Counted from the stretch's first letter, positions 15,759 to 24,363 are shown. The stretch is 41,000 bases of DNA from Acidobacteriota bacterium (GCA_050010475.1 JBEKKY010000011.1:1-41000); one strand, 5' to 3'. Made by a program: numbers and translations. Notes: a model not told the origin generated them from the letters alone.

Positions 15759-17690
15759 TCACGGATTTTTCCCAGAACTCCTGCGCTCACCGGTCTTGAA
15801 ATAAAGGTCGCCCAGGTGTTCAACGATCGTAGGGTCGTCCTTGACGAGTTCGTCGGCTTTGAGAAGGTTTTTCTCGGCATTGGTTAAATCATTCATTTTG
15901 AAAAAAGCCCAGCCGAGGGAATCCAGATATGCGCCGTTCTCAGGATCAATGGCCAGCGCTTCTTTAACATACCGAAGAGCTTCATCGAGCCTCACACCAC
16001 GGTCTGCCAGCAGGTACCCGATGTAGTTCAATGCCACCGCGTTTTGAGGGTTCACCTTCAGGATTTCTTTGAGAACCGATTCGGCCCGGTCAAAATCCTT
16101 CTGTTTGTCGTAGACCGTCGCCTGTTGAATTTTCAGCCGCTCAGTATTTTCGCTGTCGGACGATTTCCCTTCCGCCCGGCGAAGGACCTTTTCGGCGTCG
16201 GAATAGCGTTTGTCCTGGAGATAGACTTGGCTCAAATTGACGTAAATCTCAATATTGTCCGGATTGGATTGCAGCATTTTGGAGAGCACTTCGGCGCCTT
16301 CTTTCGGCCGACCGGCATCGGCCAGAGTTCTTGCATAGGCGATTCCGATATCAACATCGCTAGGGTCCTTTTCGTATTGCTGCTTTCCCAAAGAAATCGC
16401 CTTGTCGAATTGTTTGCTGATCCGGTAGGCGTGCAAGAGCTGAGGATTGCCCTTCTTTGGGTCCGCCTTGACCATATCTTTATAAATCTCGATCGCCTTT
16501 CCGTAATCCTTCACTTCCATGTAGTCGGCGGCCAGGTGCTGCTGGAATACCAATCGATTGCTTTTGGCTTCCTCGGAGTCGTCCTTCGAACTTTCGAGCA
16601 GGCCCGAAAAGATCTTGACCGATTCGGCGTATTTGCCGCTTTCTTCGTAAGCCCGCCCAAGGTAAAAAGAGGCGTCTATTGCATTCGGGTTGGTCTCTAC
16701 AACCGACTGGAGAGTCTGGATTGCCTCCGAGTATTTCCGCAGGCCCAATTGGGCTCTTCCGCGGTAAATTTGGACTGCAGGCTCAACCGGCGGATTCTTG
16801 GCTACGCCATCAAGAATCTTGAGCGCTTCGCTGAATTCATTTGCTTCCACGAGCGAAGCCGCAAGGCTGAGGCTCACATTCACATTGCTTCCCATTACTT
16901 CCTGCAGCTTTCGATAGACCTGGACGGCCTCCTTGTTTTTGCTCGTTTTGGAATAAATCGAAGCCAGCAGCCCAAGGCTGTCGGGAGAATCGGGCTGGAC
17001 CTTCAGCGCCTTGTTCAGGTATTCGATGGCCTTTTCTTCATTGCCTTTGCGGTCATAATATTGCGCAATTTCCCTGTATCCGTTATCCGTGCTGGTTGAG
17101 AGGCTTTGAAATTTTTCATAAGCTTCAATGGCTTTATCGGGATTATCGGCCGCGAAGTAAGCCCGGCCGAGCGCATAGTAAACGCGTTCATCTGTCGGCG
17201 CGAGTTCCTTCAGCTTTTCTAACTCCTGGATTCCTTTCTGCATCCCGTCCGTTGTAGCACCCTTTTGCCCGCCAAAATAAATACTCACGAGAAGCCAATG
17301 CGGATCCGGGTCCCGAGGGTCTAGGCGAACGGCTTCCTCGGCATTTTCAATCGCTTCGCGAGTATTTCCGGTCTTATCCAACAGGGCTGCCATCTCCAGA
17401 TGCACCGCCGGGCTGTTCTGGTTGTACTTCAGCGCAGCCTCCATCTCCGAGAGCGCCTTGGGCAGGTCTCCGTTGTACTCGTAGTATTTTGCCAACGAGA
17501 AATGATAGTAACTGGCAGCCCGATCCGGGGCCACCGGAACTTCCAGTTCCTTATCCAGATTGATCGGCTTCTGTCTTTGTGGCGGGGTAAGAACCCGCTC
17601 CCCTTGGGCAAACGCGGAAGCAGATATAAAAACAGATGCTAAACCCAGGTACAGAACCAAGCACCTCAGGGGACGTATACCGCATTTCAT
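15759..17690 (-). CDS. Secreted tetratricopeptide-repeat (TPR) protein, probably frameshifted near the 3' end
   Basis: 643 aa with a signal peptide (…ISASAFAQG). It contains many 34-aa repeats with the A..Y...G....A pattern. The last 9 residues (ERRSSGKNP) break the TPR pattern. A neighbouring frame continues AQEFWEKSVSIGTEQDDIQKVRRKLDLLQQTIRKQKSAK to TAG at 15667-15669. Confidence 0.85.
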   Translation of the reverse strand: MKCGIRPLRCLVLYLGLASVFISASAFAQGERVLTPPQRQKPINLDKELEVPVAPDRAASYYHFSLAKYYEYNGDLPKALSEMEAALKYNQNSPAVHLEMAALLDKTGNTREAIENAEEAVRLDPRDPDPHWLLVSIYFGGQKGATTDGMQKGIQELEKLKELAPTDERVYYALGRAYFAADNPDKAIEAYEKFQSLSTSTDNGYREIAQYYDRKGNEEKAIEYLNKALKVQPDSPDSLGLLASIYSKTSKNKEAVQVYRKLQEVMGSNVNVSLSLAASLVEANEFSEALKILDGVAKNPPVEPAVQIYRGRAQLGLRKYSEAIQTLQSVVETNPNAIDASFYLGRAYEESGKYAESVKIFSGLLESSKDDSEEAKSNRLVFQQHLAADYMEVKDYGKAIEIYKDMVKADPKKGNPQLLHAYRISKQFDKAISLGKQQYEKDPSDVDIGIAYARTLADAGRPKEGAEVLSKMLQSNPDNIEIYVNLSQVYLQDKRYSDAEKVLRRAEGKSSDSENTERLKIQQATVYDKQKDFDRAESVLKEILKVNPQNAVALNYIGYLLADRGVRLDEALRYVKEALAIDPENGAYLDSLGWAFFKMNDLTNAEKNLLKADELVKDDPTIVEHLGDLYFKTGERRSSGKNP

Positions 17691-17926
17691 AGCCTGTTTA
17701 TTCCTTATCTCCAGGAATCAATTTTGCGTGCACCATTATGGCACATGGAGTTCAGTCTTTCCAGAGTTCGTGTGCGGGACGATATTCGGGAAATTTCAAG
17801 CTTTTTTTGGCTCAAATTGAGATTGGGCCATTAGATATCAGGAAGGCAAGATTTCGTCCCAGCCCGCAATTCCAGCCAGGTTTGGAGGCGGGCTGACTAC
17901 CCCAATAGCCACGAGGAGAGCAAAAA

Positions 17927-18217
17927 ATGAACAAAGCAAGAGTAGCCTGCGTGCTGGTGCTATGCCTGGGCCTGGTATTCAGTTCAGTTTCCGTATTGGC
18001 CCAGAAATCAAGTCACCCTGCGACTGAGAAAATCAACCTGAACTCGGCGACGGCTGAACAATTGCAGTCTCTTCCGGGTATCGGTCCGGCAATTGCAAAG
18101 AGTATCATTGAATACCGCACAAAGACGGGGAAGTTCAACCGCATCGAGGAAATCATCAACGTCAAGGGAGTAGGGGAGAAGAAGTTCCAGAAGATAAAAG
18201 ACCGTCTGGTGCTCTGA
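17927..18217 (+). CDS. comEA: ComEA-family helix-hairpin-helix DNA-binding protein
   Basis: 96 aa with a signal peptide, then INLNSATAEQLQSLPGIGPAIAKSIIEYR...VKGVGEKKFQKIKD, which is tandem HhH motifs typical of ComEA. Confidence 0.85.
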   Translation: MNKARVACVLVLCLGLVFSSVSVLAQKSSHPATEKINLNSATAEQLQSLPGIGPAIAKSIIEYRTKTGKFNRIEEIINVKGVGEKKFQKIKDRLVL

Positions 18218-18221
18218 TAAT

Positions 18222-18304
18222 AATCGGGGTCGGGGTCGGTATCGGAATCGGGGTCGAGACCGGGAAAACCGACCCCGGTTCCGATACCAACCCCGACTCC
18301 GATT
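18222..18304. repeat. ~36-nt-arm hairpin with hexamer-periodic arms (NNTCGG family, copy 2, best preserved)
   Basis: Left arm is AATCGG GGTCGG GGTCGG TATCGG AATCGG GGTCGA (18222-18257). The reverse complement of the right arm (18269-18304) is AATCGG AGTCGG GGTTGG TATCGG AACCGG GGTCGG. The four differences are all transitions. It fills the gap between convergent comEA and truB. Confidence 0.9.
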
Positions 18305-18310
18305 CGTCAT

Positions 18311-19279
18311 TCAGCTGAAGATCAAATGCGGATGGATCCGGATCCAGTGTGCAGGCTGTTCCACGGGAGATGTGAAAGTCTGAACGCGCTTTACCAGGGC
18401 GATAATCTCGCCGGATTGATCGGTCAGACGGTATTCGTCTGATTTCCAATCAGCCGTGAGCAGGTTCAAATCCATTCCATGAACTACCTTCATCCTGTCT
18501 CCGTCGGAAACCACAATCGACGGGATCTCGTGGAGAAGGTTGCGCATGGGAATCAACCGGTCGAGGAAGAAATCGCGGGAATAGAACTGCACTCCGTCGC
18601 TTAAGGAGACGGCGGTTTCAATCGGAAATTCGCCGCTTCGCGTGCGGCGCAACCGTATGAGGTGGGCGCCGCAGCCGTACTCCGAACCGATATCGTGAGC
18701 CAGGCTGCGCGCGTAGGTGCCTGCCGTACAGGCAAGCTCGAATTCCACTTCGCAACCGTTCACCGAGATTACCGTGAGCGCTTTGATTGTGACCTCCTTT
18801 TTGGTCGGGCTCAGCTCGATTCCTTTGCGGGCATAGGAGTATAAGGGCCTGCCCTGGATTTTCTTGGCCGAGTAAGGAGGGAGCGTCTGGAGAACGGTTC
18901 CCCGATAATGGTTGAAAATCTGTTCAAGCCGCATCGGATCCAATTCCGGCCGACTATCTTCGCCAAGAGGTTCCCCATCCACGTCGTAGGTGGTCGTCGC
19001 AAAACCAAAACGCATCACACCGTGATACACCTTATCGGATGCGAGAAAATAGCTTGTCAAGCGAGTTGCCCGGCCCAACGTCAAAGGGAGGACTCCGGTA
19101 GCGAAGGGATCGAGCGTCCCCGTGTGTCCGACCTTTTTTGCTTTAGTCAGATTCCGGACCTTTGCTACCACGTCGTGGGAGGTCCATCCGGAAGGCTTGT
19201 CAATAATCACGACTCCATCCACTTCACTCTTCGTGGTGCTCGTGGATTTCGTCGATGAGTTTGTCGATGTGCTCGCCAT
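18311..19279 (-). CDS. truB: tRNA pseudouridine(55) synthase TruB
   Basis: VVIIDKPSGWTSHDVV and GHTGTLDPFATGVL (catalytic Asp) are present. The ATG at 19279 would overlap rbfA by 56 nt and adds a low-complexity MASTSTNSSTKSTSTTKSE. A GTG at 19220-19222, 1 nt after the rbfA stop, is the more likely start. Confidence 0.9.
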   Translation of the reverse strand: MASTSTNSSTKSTSTTKSEVDGVVIIDKPSGWTSHDVVAKVRNLTKAKKVGHTGTLDPFATGVLPLTLGRATRLTSYFLASDKVYHGVMRFGFATTTYDVDGEPLGEDSRPELDPMRLEQIFNHYRGTVLQTLPPYSAKKIQGRPLYSYARKGIELSPTKKEVTIKALTVISVNGCEVEFELACTAGTYARSLAHDIGSEYGCGAHLIRLRRTRSGEFPIETAVSLSDGVQFYSRDFFLDRLIPMRNLLHEIPSIVVSDGDRMKVVHGMDLNLLTADWKSDEYRLTDQSGEIIALVKRVQTFTSPVEQPAHWIRIHPHLIFS

Positions 19280-19580
19280 AGTCTTGTGATGTGTCCGTCA
19301 AAAAAACGATATCCGGCAAGAACTTCATTCGAATCCGCTGGCCAAGTTCGTGGCGTATCCATCCGGCGGCATGGTTCAGAGCTGCCAGGCTTTCTTTTTT
19401 TTCCTCTTCAGACCCCATTAAGGAAACAAAAACTCTGGCGTGTCTGAGGTCCGGGCTCATCTCGACACCCGTCACGGTTACGAAACCGATTCTCCGGTCT
19501 TTCACGTCCCGGAAAATCATCATACTGACTTCATGCTGGATCTGAAGCGCCAGTCTTTGTGGTCTTCTTGATTGATGCAT
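19224..19580 (-). CDS. rbfA: Ribosome-binding factor A
   Basis: 118 aa. RLALQIQHEVSMMIFRDVKDRRIGFVTVTGVEMSPDLRHARVFVS is the RbfA KH-like core. It has the conserved position after infB. Confidence 0.93.
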   Translation of the reverse strand: MHQSRRPQRLALQIQHEVSMMIFRDVKDRRIGFVTVTGVEMSPDLRHARVFVSLMGSEEEKKESLAALNHAAGWIRHELGQRIRMKFLPDIVFLTDTSQDYGEHIDKLIDEIHEHHEE

Positions 19581-19589
19581 ATTGGATGC

Positions 19590-19877
19590 TCAAGGATCGA
19601 TATAGGAAACCTGGCAATCGATCAGGAGGTCTTCCAGAATATTCTCGGCATCGCGGACGAACTGCTGCGTGACTCGTTCCAAAACAACATTATCAGGACC
19701 TACGGTCACGGCTGCCAGTTTCGCGCGCTGCCATAAATCCTGGTATTCCACTTCTGCAATGGAGAAATTCGACCGGGCGCGCAATCGATCCTGAGCCTTG
19801 CGCAGCACCATTCGTTTCTCTTTGAGGGACTGGGAATACGGCAGAAATAATTCGAGAGTGCAGTACGCTATGGGCAT
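19590..19877 (-). CDS. DUF503 (YlxP-like) protein
   Basis: 95 aa. LELFLPYSQSLKEKRMVLRKAQDRLRARSNFSIAEVEYQDLWQRAKLAAVTV matches the DUF503 pattern. It has the classic position between infB and rbfA. Confidence 0.8.
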   Translation of the reverse strand: MPIAYCTLELFLPYSQSLKEKRMVLRKAQDRLRARSNFSIAEVEYQDLWQRAKLAAVTVGPDNVVLERVTQQFVRDAENILEDLLIDCQVSYIDP

Positions 19878-19883
19878 GTGACA

Positions 19884-19957
19884 AATTACGAATGACGAAT
19901 TACGAATTACGAGTAAACGGTTTTTAATTCGTCATTCGTCATTCGTAATTCGTAATT
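19884..19957. repeat. ~30-nt-arm hairpin with ACGAATT/ACGAATG periodic arms inside the infB-rbfA operon
   Basis: AATTACGAATGACGAATTACGAATTACGAG (19884-19913) pairs with AATTCGTCATTCGTCATTCGTAATTCGTAATT (19926-19957). The right arm includes the infB stop codon. The left arm ends 6 nt from the DUF503 ATG. Confidence 0.88.
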
Positions 19958-22703
19958 AGAGAGAGGTGGGTTGGACCCTTTCAATAATGTACGCTTCGAT
20001 AATATCGCCCACTTTGACATCGGAGAAATGCTCAAATCCGATGCCGCACTCGAATCCCGATTTTACTTCCGAGACATCATCCTTGAAGCGGCGCAGCGAA
20101 CCGATCTTTCCCTCATGAATCACCGCGTTGTCCCGAAGGAGTCGCGCTTCAGCGTTACGGCGGATTACGCCGTCAAGCACATAGGATCCTGCGATGAATC
20201 CGAATTTGGGCACGCGGAAAGTGTCGCGGACCTCTGCCCGGCCGACATATTTTTCATGAGTGGTATATTCCAGCATGCCGATCATCGCGGCTTTGATTTC
20301 GTTGGTCAAGCTGTAGATGACCGTATAGAGCCGGATCTCCACCCCTTCGGAATCGGCAAGTTCCTGAGCCTTGCGCTCAGGCCGAACATTGAAGCCAATG
20401 ACAATGGCGTTGGAGGCGGAGGCAAGGAGCACATCCGTTTCGGTCACTGCGCCGGCTCCGCTGTGCAGTATTTTGACTTTCGCCTTATCCGTGCTCAGCT
20501 TGTTCAGCATGTCGGTTACGACTTCGACCGATCCCTGCACATCCGCTTTTATGATCAGCGGCAGTTCCTTAACAGTCCCTTCTCTCATCTGCTCGTAGAG
20601 AGCCTGAAGCGAGAGGCGAGCCGATTTGCCCAGCAACTGCTCCCGTTCTTTGGCCTGCCGGTATTCGGCAACCTGTCTTGCTTTCGTAGCGTCTTCGAAA
20701 ACCTGGAAGGTATCGCCTGCCAGGGGCAAATCCTGCAATCCCTGTATCTCAACAGGGATTGAAGGCCCGGCAGAAGCAATGTTTGCGCCGCGATCATTGA
20801 CGAGCGCGCGTACGCGTCCGTATACCGAACCTGCCACAAAGGAGTTTCCCAGCTCCAGGGTGCCGTTTTGCACCAGGACCGTGGCGACAGATCCCCGTCC
20901 TTTGTCCACCTTTGCTTCGAGGACAACTCCGGACGCGAGGCGTTTCGGATTGGCTTTGAGGTCCTTCAGGTCCGCGACCAGCAGAATCATTTCCAGCAGC
21001 AGATCGAGGTTGGTTTTCTGTTTGGCGGAAACGGGAACTGTTACGACATCGCCGCCCCAGTCTTCGGCCAGCAGCCCTTGATCCGAAAGCGCTTGTTTCA
21101 CACGATCGATTTGAGCTCCGGGTTTGTCGATTTTATTAATGGCCACTACGATGGGGACGTTGGCTGCCTTGGCGTGGTGAATCGCTTCAATTGTCTGGGG
21201 CATGACGCCGTCATCTGCTGCGACCACGAGCACGACAATATCGGTTGCCTGAGCCCCCCGGGCGCGCATCATGGTGAACGCTTCATGGCCGGGAGTGTCC
21301 AGGAACACGATGCTGCGGCCCCGGATGTCAACCTGGTAAGCTCCGATGTGCTGTGTGATCCCTCCAGCTTCTGTTGCCGTTACGTTGGACTCGCGAATCG
21401 CATCCAACAGAGATGTTTTCCCGTGGTCCACATGACCCATGATGGTGACGACGGGGGGGCGCTGTACATGGTCCTCAGGTTTGTCGGGCACTTCCTGCCT
21501 GGCCTCCGCTTCCTGCTCAAAACTGATCACACCGGCCCGGAACCCGAATTCCGCGCATACTTCCTTGGCGGCTTCCACGTCGAGGGCTTGGTTTATAGAT
21601 GCTAGAATTCCCTTCGAAATGAGCTTTTGGATAATGTACTTCGACTTGATATCCATTTTTTCCGCCAGCTCTTTAATCGTAACTCCCTCGGTAATAGCGA
21701 TCGGCTTGAAGTCCTCGGGTGAAGCCGGAGGGCGCGGCAGTTCGATTACTTTGGCCACCCTTTCGAGGATCTCGGGCTTGCCGGGCTTTTTCTTCCGGAT
21801 AAACCTCGTGGGAGCGGCAGCTCTCGGTGCAGCCGGCCTCTCCTCGCGGAGCCCCTTGAGAATGCGATCGGTGATTTCGGGCGTTACTACTTTTTCCGTA
21901 CTTGTCCGCATCAGGATCTTTGTTCTTGCCTTTGGTACTACAATCTTTTTGGATACAACTCCGGGATGGACTGTGGGTTCGGCGGTCCGTCCAGCCGGCG
22001 GAGCAGCGCCAGCCGGTACTGCCGTCTCAACGGTTCCGGCCATCTCGGGAGCAGGTTCGACAACTTGCGGATGTCCGGGAATTAAGACTGCGGCAGGTGC
22101 TTCCGGCTCCACCACAGATGGCGCAGGAAAACCTTCCCCGACTGCTGAAATTGTGACCGGCGGCGCAGCAGTCTCGATAGCTTCTGCCGGCGCTGTCGGG
22201 ATTACAGAAGGAGATTCTTCCAGTATTTGTTCGGATGGGATAGCCTCTGCGGAAGCGTTTGCTGCCACCGGTTGATCGACGAGTCCGGCCGACTCCCGAT
22301 CGTAATGTTTCCGCCCTTTGCGAGGGGCGAGAGAAACCTTGGCGGAGGGCTCTTCCGGCTTTACTTCTACCACCTTCTCGACTTTAGCAGCTTTTTTCGC
22401 TTTCCGGGGAGCTGGAGCCTCGACCGGAGGCAGCGGTTCGACGGGAGCCGCAGCCTTTTTTGCAGGCTTTTTGTCCAGCTTCTTGGCGGCCTCGCTCTCT
22501 TTTTTTCTTTCGACTTCGAGCGCTTTCGCCTCCTCCGCCTCCCGTTGAGAAAGAATTTTCTTGCGGATCGTCTCGGCGAAGTTCACGTCGATCGTCGCAG
22601 TCGGCGAAAAAACATACAGACCCAGACGCTTCAGTTCAGCCAGGACTACCTGATTCTTTACTGAACATTCTGTCGCCAGTTCCGCGACGGTTATTTTATC
22701 CAT
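19956..22703 (-). CDS. infB: Translation initiation factor IF-2
   Basis: G domain motifs GHVDHGKTSLLD, DTPGHEAF and NKID are present. A long Pro/Ala/Lys-rich N-terminal region precedes them. I prefer the ATG at 22701-22703 (MDKITVAELA...); the ORF track begins at a GTG at 22724. Confidence 0.95.
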   Translation of the reverse strand: MDKITVAELATECSVKNQVVLAELKRLGLYVFSPTATIDVNFAETIRKKILSQREAEEAKALEVERKKESEAAKKLDKKPAKKAAAPVEPLPPVEAPAPRKAKKAAKVEKVVEVKPEEPSAKVSLAPRKGRKHYDRESAGLVDQPVAANASAEAIPSEQILEESPSVIPTAPAEAIETAAPPVTISAVGEGFPAPSVVEPEAPAAVLIPGHPQVVEPAPEMAGTVETAVPAGAAPPAGRTAEPTVHPGVVSKKIVVPKARTKILMRTSTEKVVTPEITDRILKGLREERPAAPRAAAPTRFIRKKKPGKPEILERVAKVIELPRPPASPEDFKPIAITEGVTIKELAEKMDIKSKYIIQKLISKGILASINQALDVEAAKEVCAEFGFRAGVISFEQEAEARQEVPDKPEDHVQRPPVVTIMGHVDHGKTSLLDAIRESNVTATEAGGITQHIGAYQVDIRGRSIVFLDTPGHEAFTMMRARGAQATDIVVLVVAADDGVMPQTIEAIHHAKAANVPIVVAINKIDKPGAQIDRVKQALSDQGLLAEDWGGDVVTVPVSAKQKTNLDLLLEMILLVADLKDLKANPKRLASGVVLEAKVDKGRGSVATVLVQNGTLELGNSFVAGSVYGRVRALVNDRGANIASAGPSIPVEIQGLQDLPLAGDTFQVFEDATKARQVAEYRQAKEREQLLGKSARLSLQALYEQMREGTVKELPLIIKADVQGSVEVVTDMLNKLSTDKAKVKILHSGAGAVTETDVLLASASNAIVIGFNVRPERKAQELADSEGVEIRLYTVIYSLTNEIKAAMIGMLEYTTHEKYVGRAEVRDTFRVPKFGFIAGSYVLDGVIRRNAEARLLRDNAVIHEGKIGSLRRFKDDVSEVKSGFECGIGFEHFSDVKVGDIIEAYIIERVQPTSL

Positions 22704-22798
22704 TTGCGCAAAGACCTCTACCACGCATGCCTTGATGGTCCGTTATCAGATAAGCAAAAATCTTAAACTAACACGGTTGCAATTTGCAATCGGGGAGC

Positions 22799-22876
22799 AA
22801 ATGGGGACGCTCCCCTTTTTCTCTTAATCCCTTGTTCTGCGTTTCCACCAGGAGAAAAAGGGGAGCGTCCCCATTT
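22799..22876. repeat. 25-bp perfect inverted repeat between nusA and infB
   Basis: AAATGGGGACGCTCCCCTTTTTCTC (22799-22823) is the exact reverse complement of 22852-22876. The loop is 28 nt. Each arm also contains a mini-hairpin GGGGA-CGC-TCCCC followed by T5. Confidence 0.9.
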
Positions 22877-22881
22877 TTCCT

Positions 22882-24360
22882 TCAAACAGGTTTATTTTCA
22901 TCTTCGACAGCCGCCGTTTCGGCGTCTTCGGACGGGGTGACCGAGACTTTTTCTGGTTCCGGCCCTGGTTCTGCGTTCCCCTCATCTGACGCTGCTTGTG
23001 CGGCCTCTTCAGAATTCGAAGAGTCCTCGGCTGTTTCGCCCTCTTCAGATGCTGCCTGGATTGCAGTCGGCAGATCCATCCCTTCAGGAACCTCGATCTC
23101 GACTTCTTCAAACAGATCGCGAGCCGCTTCCATGATTTTGGCAGCTGTTTTATCGCCGACGCCGGGAATCTCCTTGAGCTTATCCTCGCCCAATTCGAGG
23201 ATGCGTTCGACGTTTTCAATTCCGAATTCGCGCAACCGCTCGATGGTGCGGGCGCCGACCCCTTCCAATTCGGAAAGGGAGGTAGAGGAGGATGTCAAAG
23301 ACTCCATGACGCTGAGAACTTCCTGTTTTTTCTGCTCCTCGCTCTTGATGTCGATTTGCCATCCGATGAGTCTTGAGGCCAGGCGCACATTCTGGCCTTT
23401 CTTCCCGATCGCCAGCGATTGCTGCTTCTCCTCGACAATTACCTCCATTCGCTTCTCTCCGGGATCGATGATCAGCACTTTGGAAATTTTCGCGGGATTT
23501 AGTGCATTGGCAGCATACTGGGCGGGATCGTCTGACCACTGGACGATATCGATTTTCTCACCCCTGAGCTCGCGGATAATCGAATTGATGCGGGACCCCT
23601 TCATCCCGACACAAGCTCCAACCGGATCCACGTCCCTGTCCAGAGACGCGACTGCAACTTTGGCACGGTCTGCCGGTTCGTGCACGGCGTTTTTCACTAC
23701 TATCGTGCCGTCGTAAATTTCCGGGATTTCCATTTCAAACAGGCGTACCAGTAATTGAGGATCCGTACGGGAGAGTATAACCTGAGGGCCTTTCGCAACG
23801 GGAAGAACCTTGACGATCACGGCGCGAATTCGTTCCCCCTGCTTATAGGTTTCCGCTCTGGATTGCTCGCGCAACGGGAGCAGAGCTTCCGTCTTGCCGA
23901 TATCAACGATAATGTCCGGCCCTTCGAATCGCTTGGCAACGCCATTGACCATTTCGCCTATTTTCTGCGAATACTCGTTGTAGATGTTCTCTCGTTCGGC
24001 TTCTCGGACCTTTTGCAGAATTACCTGCTTTGCTGTCTGGGCGGCTATTCGGCCCAACACATCCGTGGGCTTCGGTATTTCGACGGTGTCATCGATTTCC
24101 AGGGTGCTGTCTATTTCCCTTGCTTCCGTTAACGAGATTTCCAGACTCGGGTTTTCAACGGTCTCGACCACACGTCTGACAGCAAAAATTTCAACCATGC
24201 CAGTTTCAGGGTCAAAACGGGCGTTGATATCTTCGTTTGTCTTGTAGAATTTCCTGGAAGCAGCCACCATCGCATCTTCCAATGCGCTGATAATTATTTT
24301 CGGATCGACATTTTTCTCTTTGCTGATTTGTTCGATCGTTTGAGCAATGATGTTCGACAT
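22882..24360 (-). CDS. nusA: Transcription termination/antitermination factor NusA
   Basis: 492 aa. The order is N-terminal domain, S1, two KH domains (DPVGACVGMKGSRI), a C-terminal HhH repeat (ELEGVGARTIERL...IPGVGDKTAAKI) and an acidic tail. Confidence 0.95.
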   Translation of the reverse strand: MSNIIAQTIEQISKEKNVDPKIIISALEDAMVAASRKFYKTNEDINARFDPETGMVEIFAVRRVVETVENPSLEISLTEAREIDSTLEIDDTVEIPKPTDVLGRIAAQTAKQVILQKVREAERENIYNEYSQKIGEMVNGVAKRFEGPDIIVDIGKTEALLPLREQSRAETYKQGERIRAVIVKVLPVAKGPQVILSRTDPQLLVRLFEMEIPEIYDGTIVVKNAVHEPADRAKVAVASLDRDVDPVGACVGMKGSRINSIIRELRGEKIDIVQWSDDPAQYAANALNPAKISKVLIIDPGEKRMEVIVEEKQQSLAIGKKGQNVRLASRLIGWQIDIKSEEQKKQEVLSVMESLTSSSTSLSELEGVGARTIERLREFGIENVERILELGEDKLKEIPGVGDKTAAKIMEAARDLFEEVEIEVPEGMDLPTAIQAASEEGETAEDSSNSEEAAQAASDEGNAEPGPEPEKVSVTPSEDAETAAVEDENKPV

Positions 24361-24363
24361 ATT

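Noticed and set aside
15599-15880. 93-aa minus-strand ORF overlapping the 3' end of the TPR gene
   Set aside because: It is a third reading frame across the same region. Neither its sequence nor its position (running through the GC-rich palindrome) looks coding. The frame that continues the TPR pattern is a different one (see the frameshift finding).
16044-17099. 351-aa plus-strand ORF antisense to the TPR gene
   Set aside because: It is a shadow of a repetitive, codon-biased gene. It has no recognisable domain and is fully contained in the TPR CDS.
18162-18449. ORFs encoding PIPIPTPTP-like peptides (also 24876..25091 and 24889..25125)
   Set aside because: The proline/isoleucine repeats are simply the translation of the NNTCGG hexamer-periodic hairpin arms. 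The ORFs overlap truB or the rimP promoter region and have no start-site support.
22784-23716. 310-aa plus-strand ORF antisense to nusA, and similar ORFs at 21439-22275 and 19971-20762 antisense to infB
   Set aside because: These are Ser/Ala-rich low-complexity translations opposite strongly supported housekeeping genes. They are shadow ORFs.
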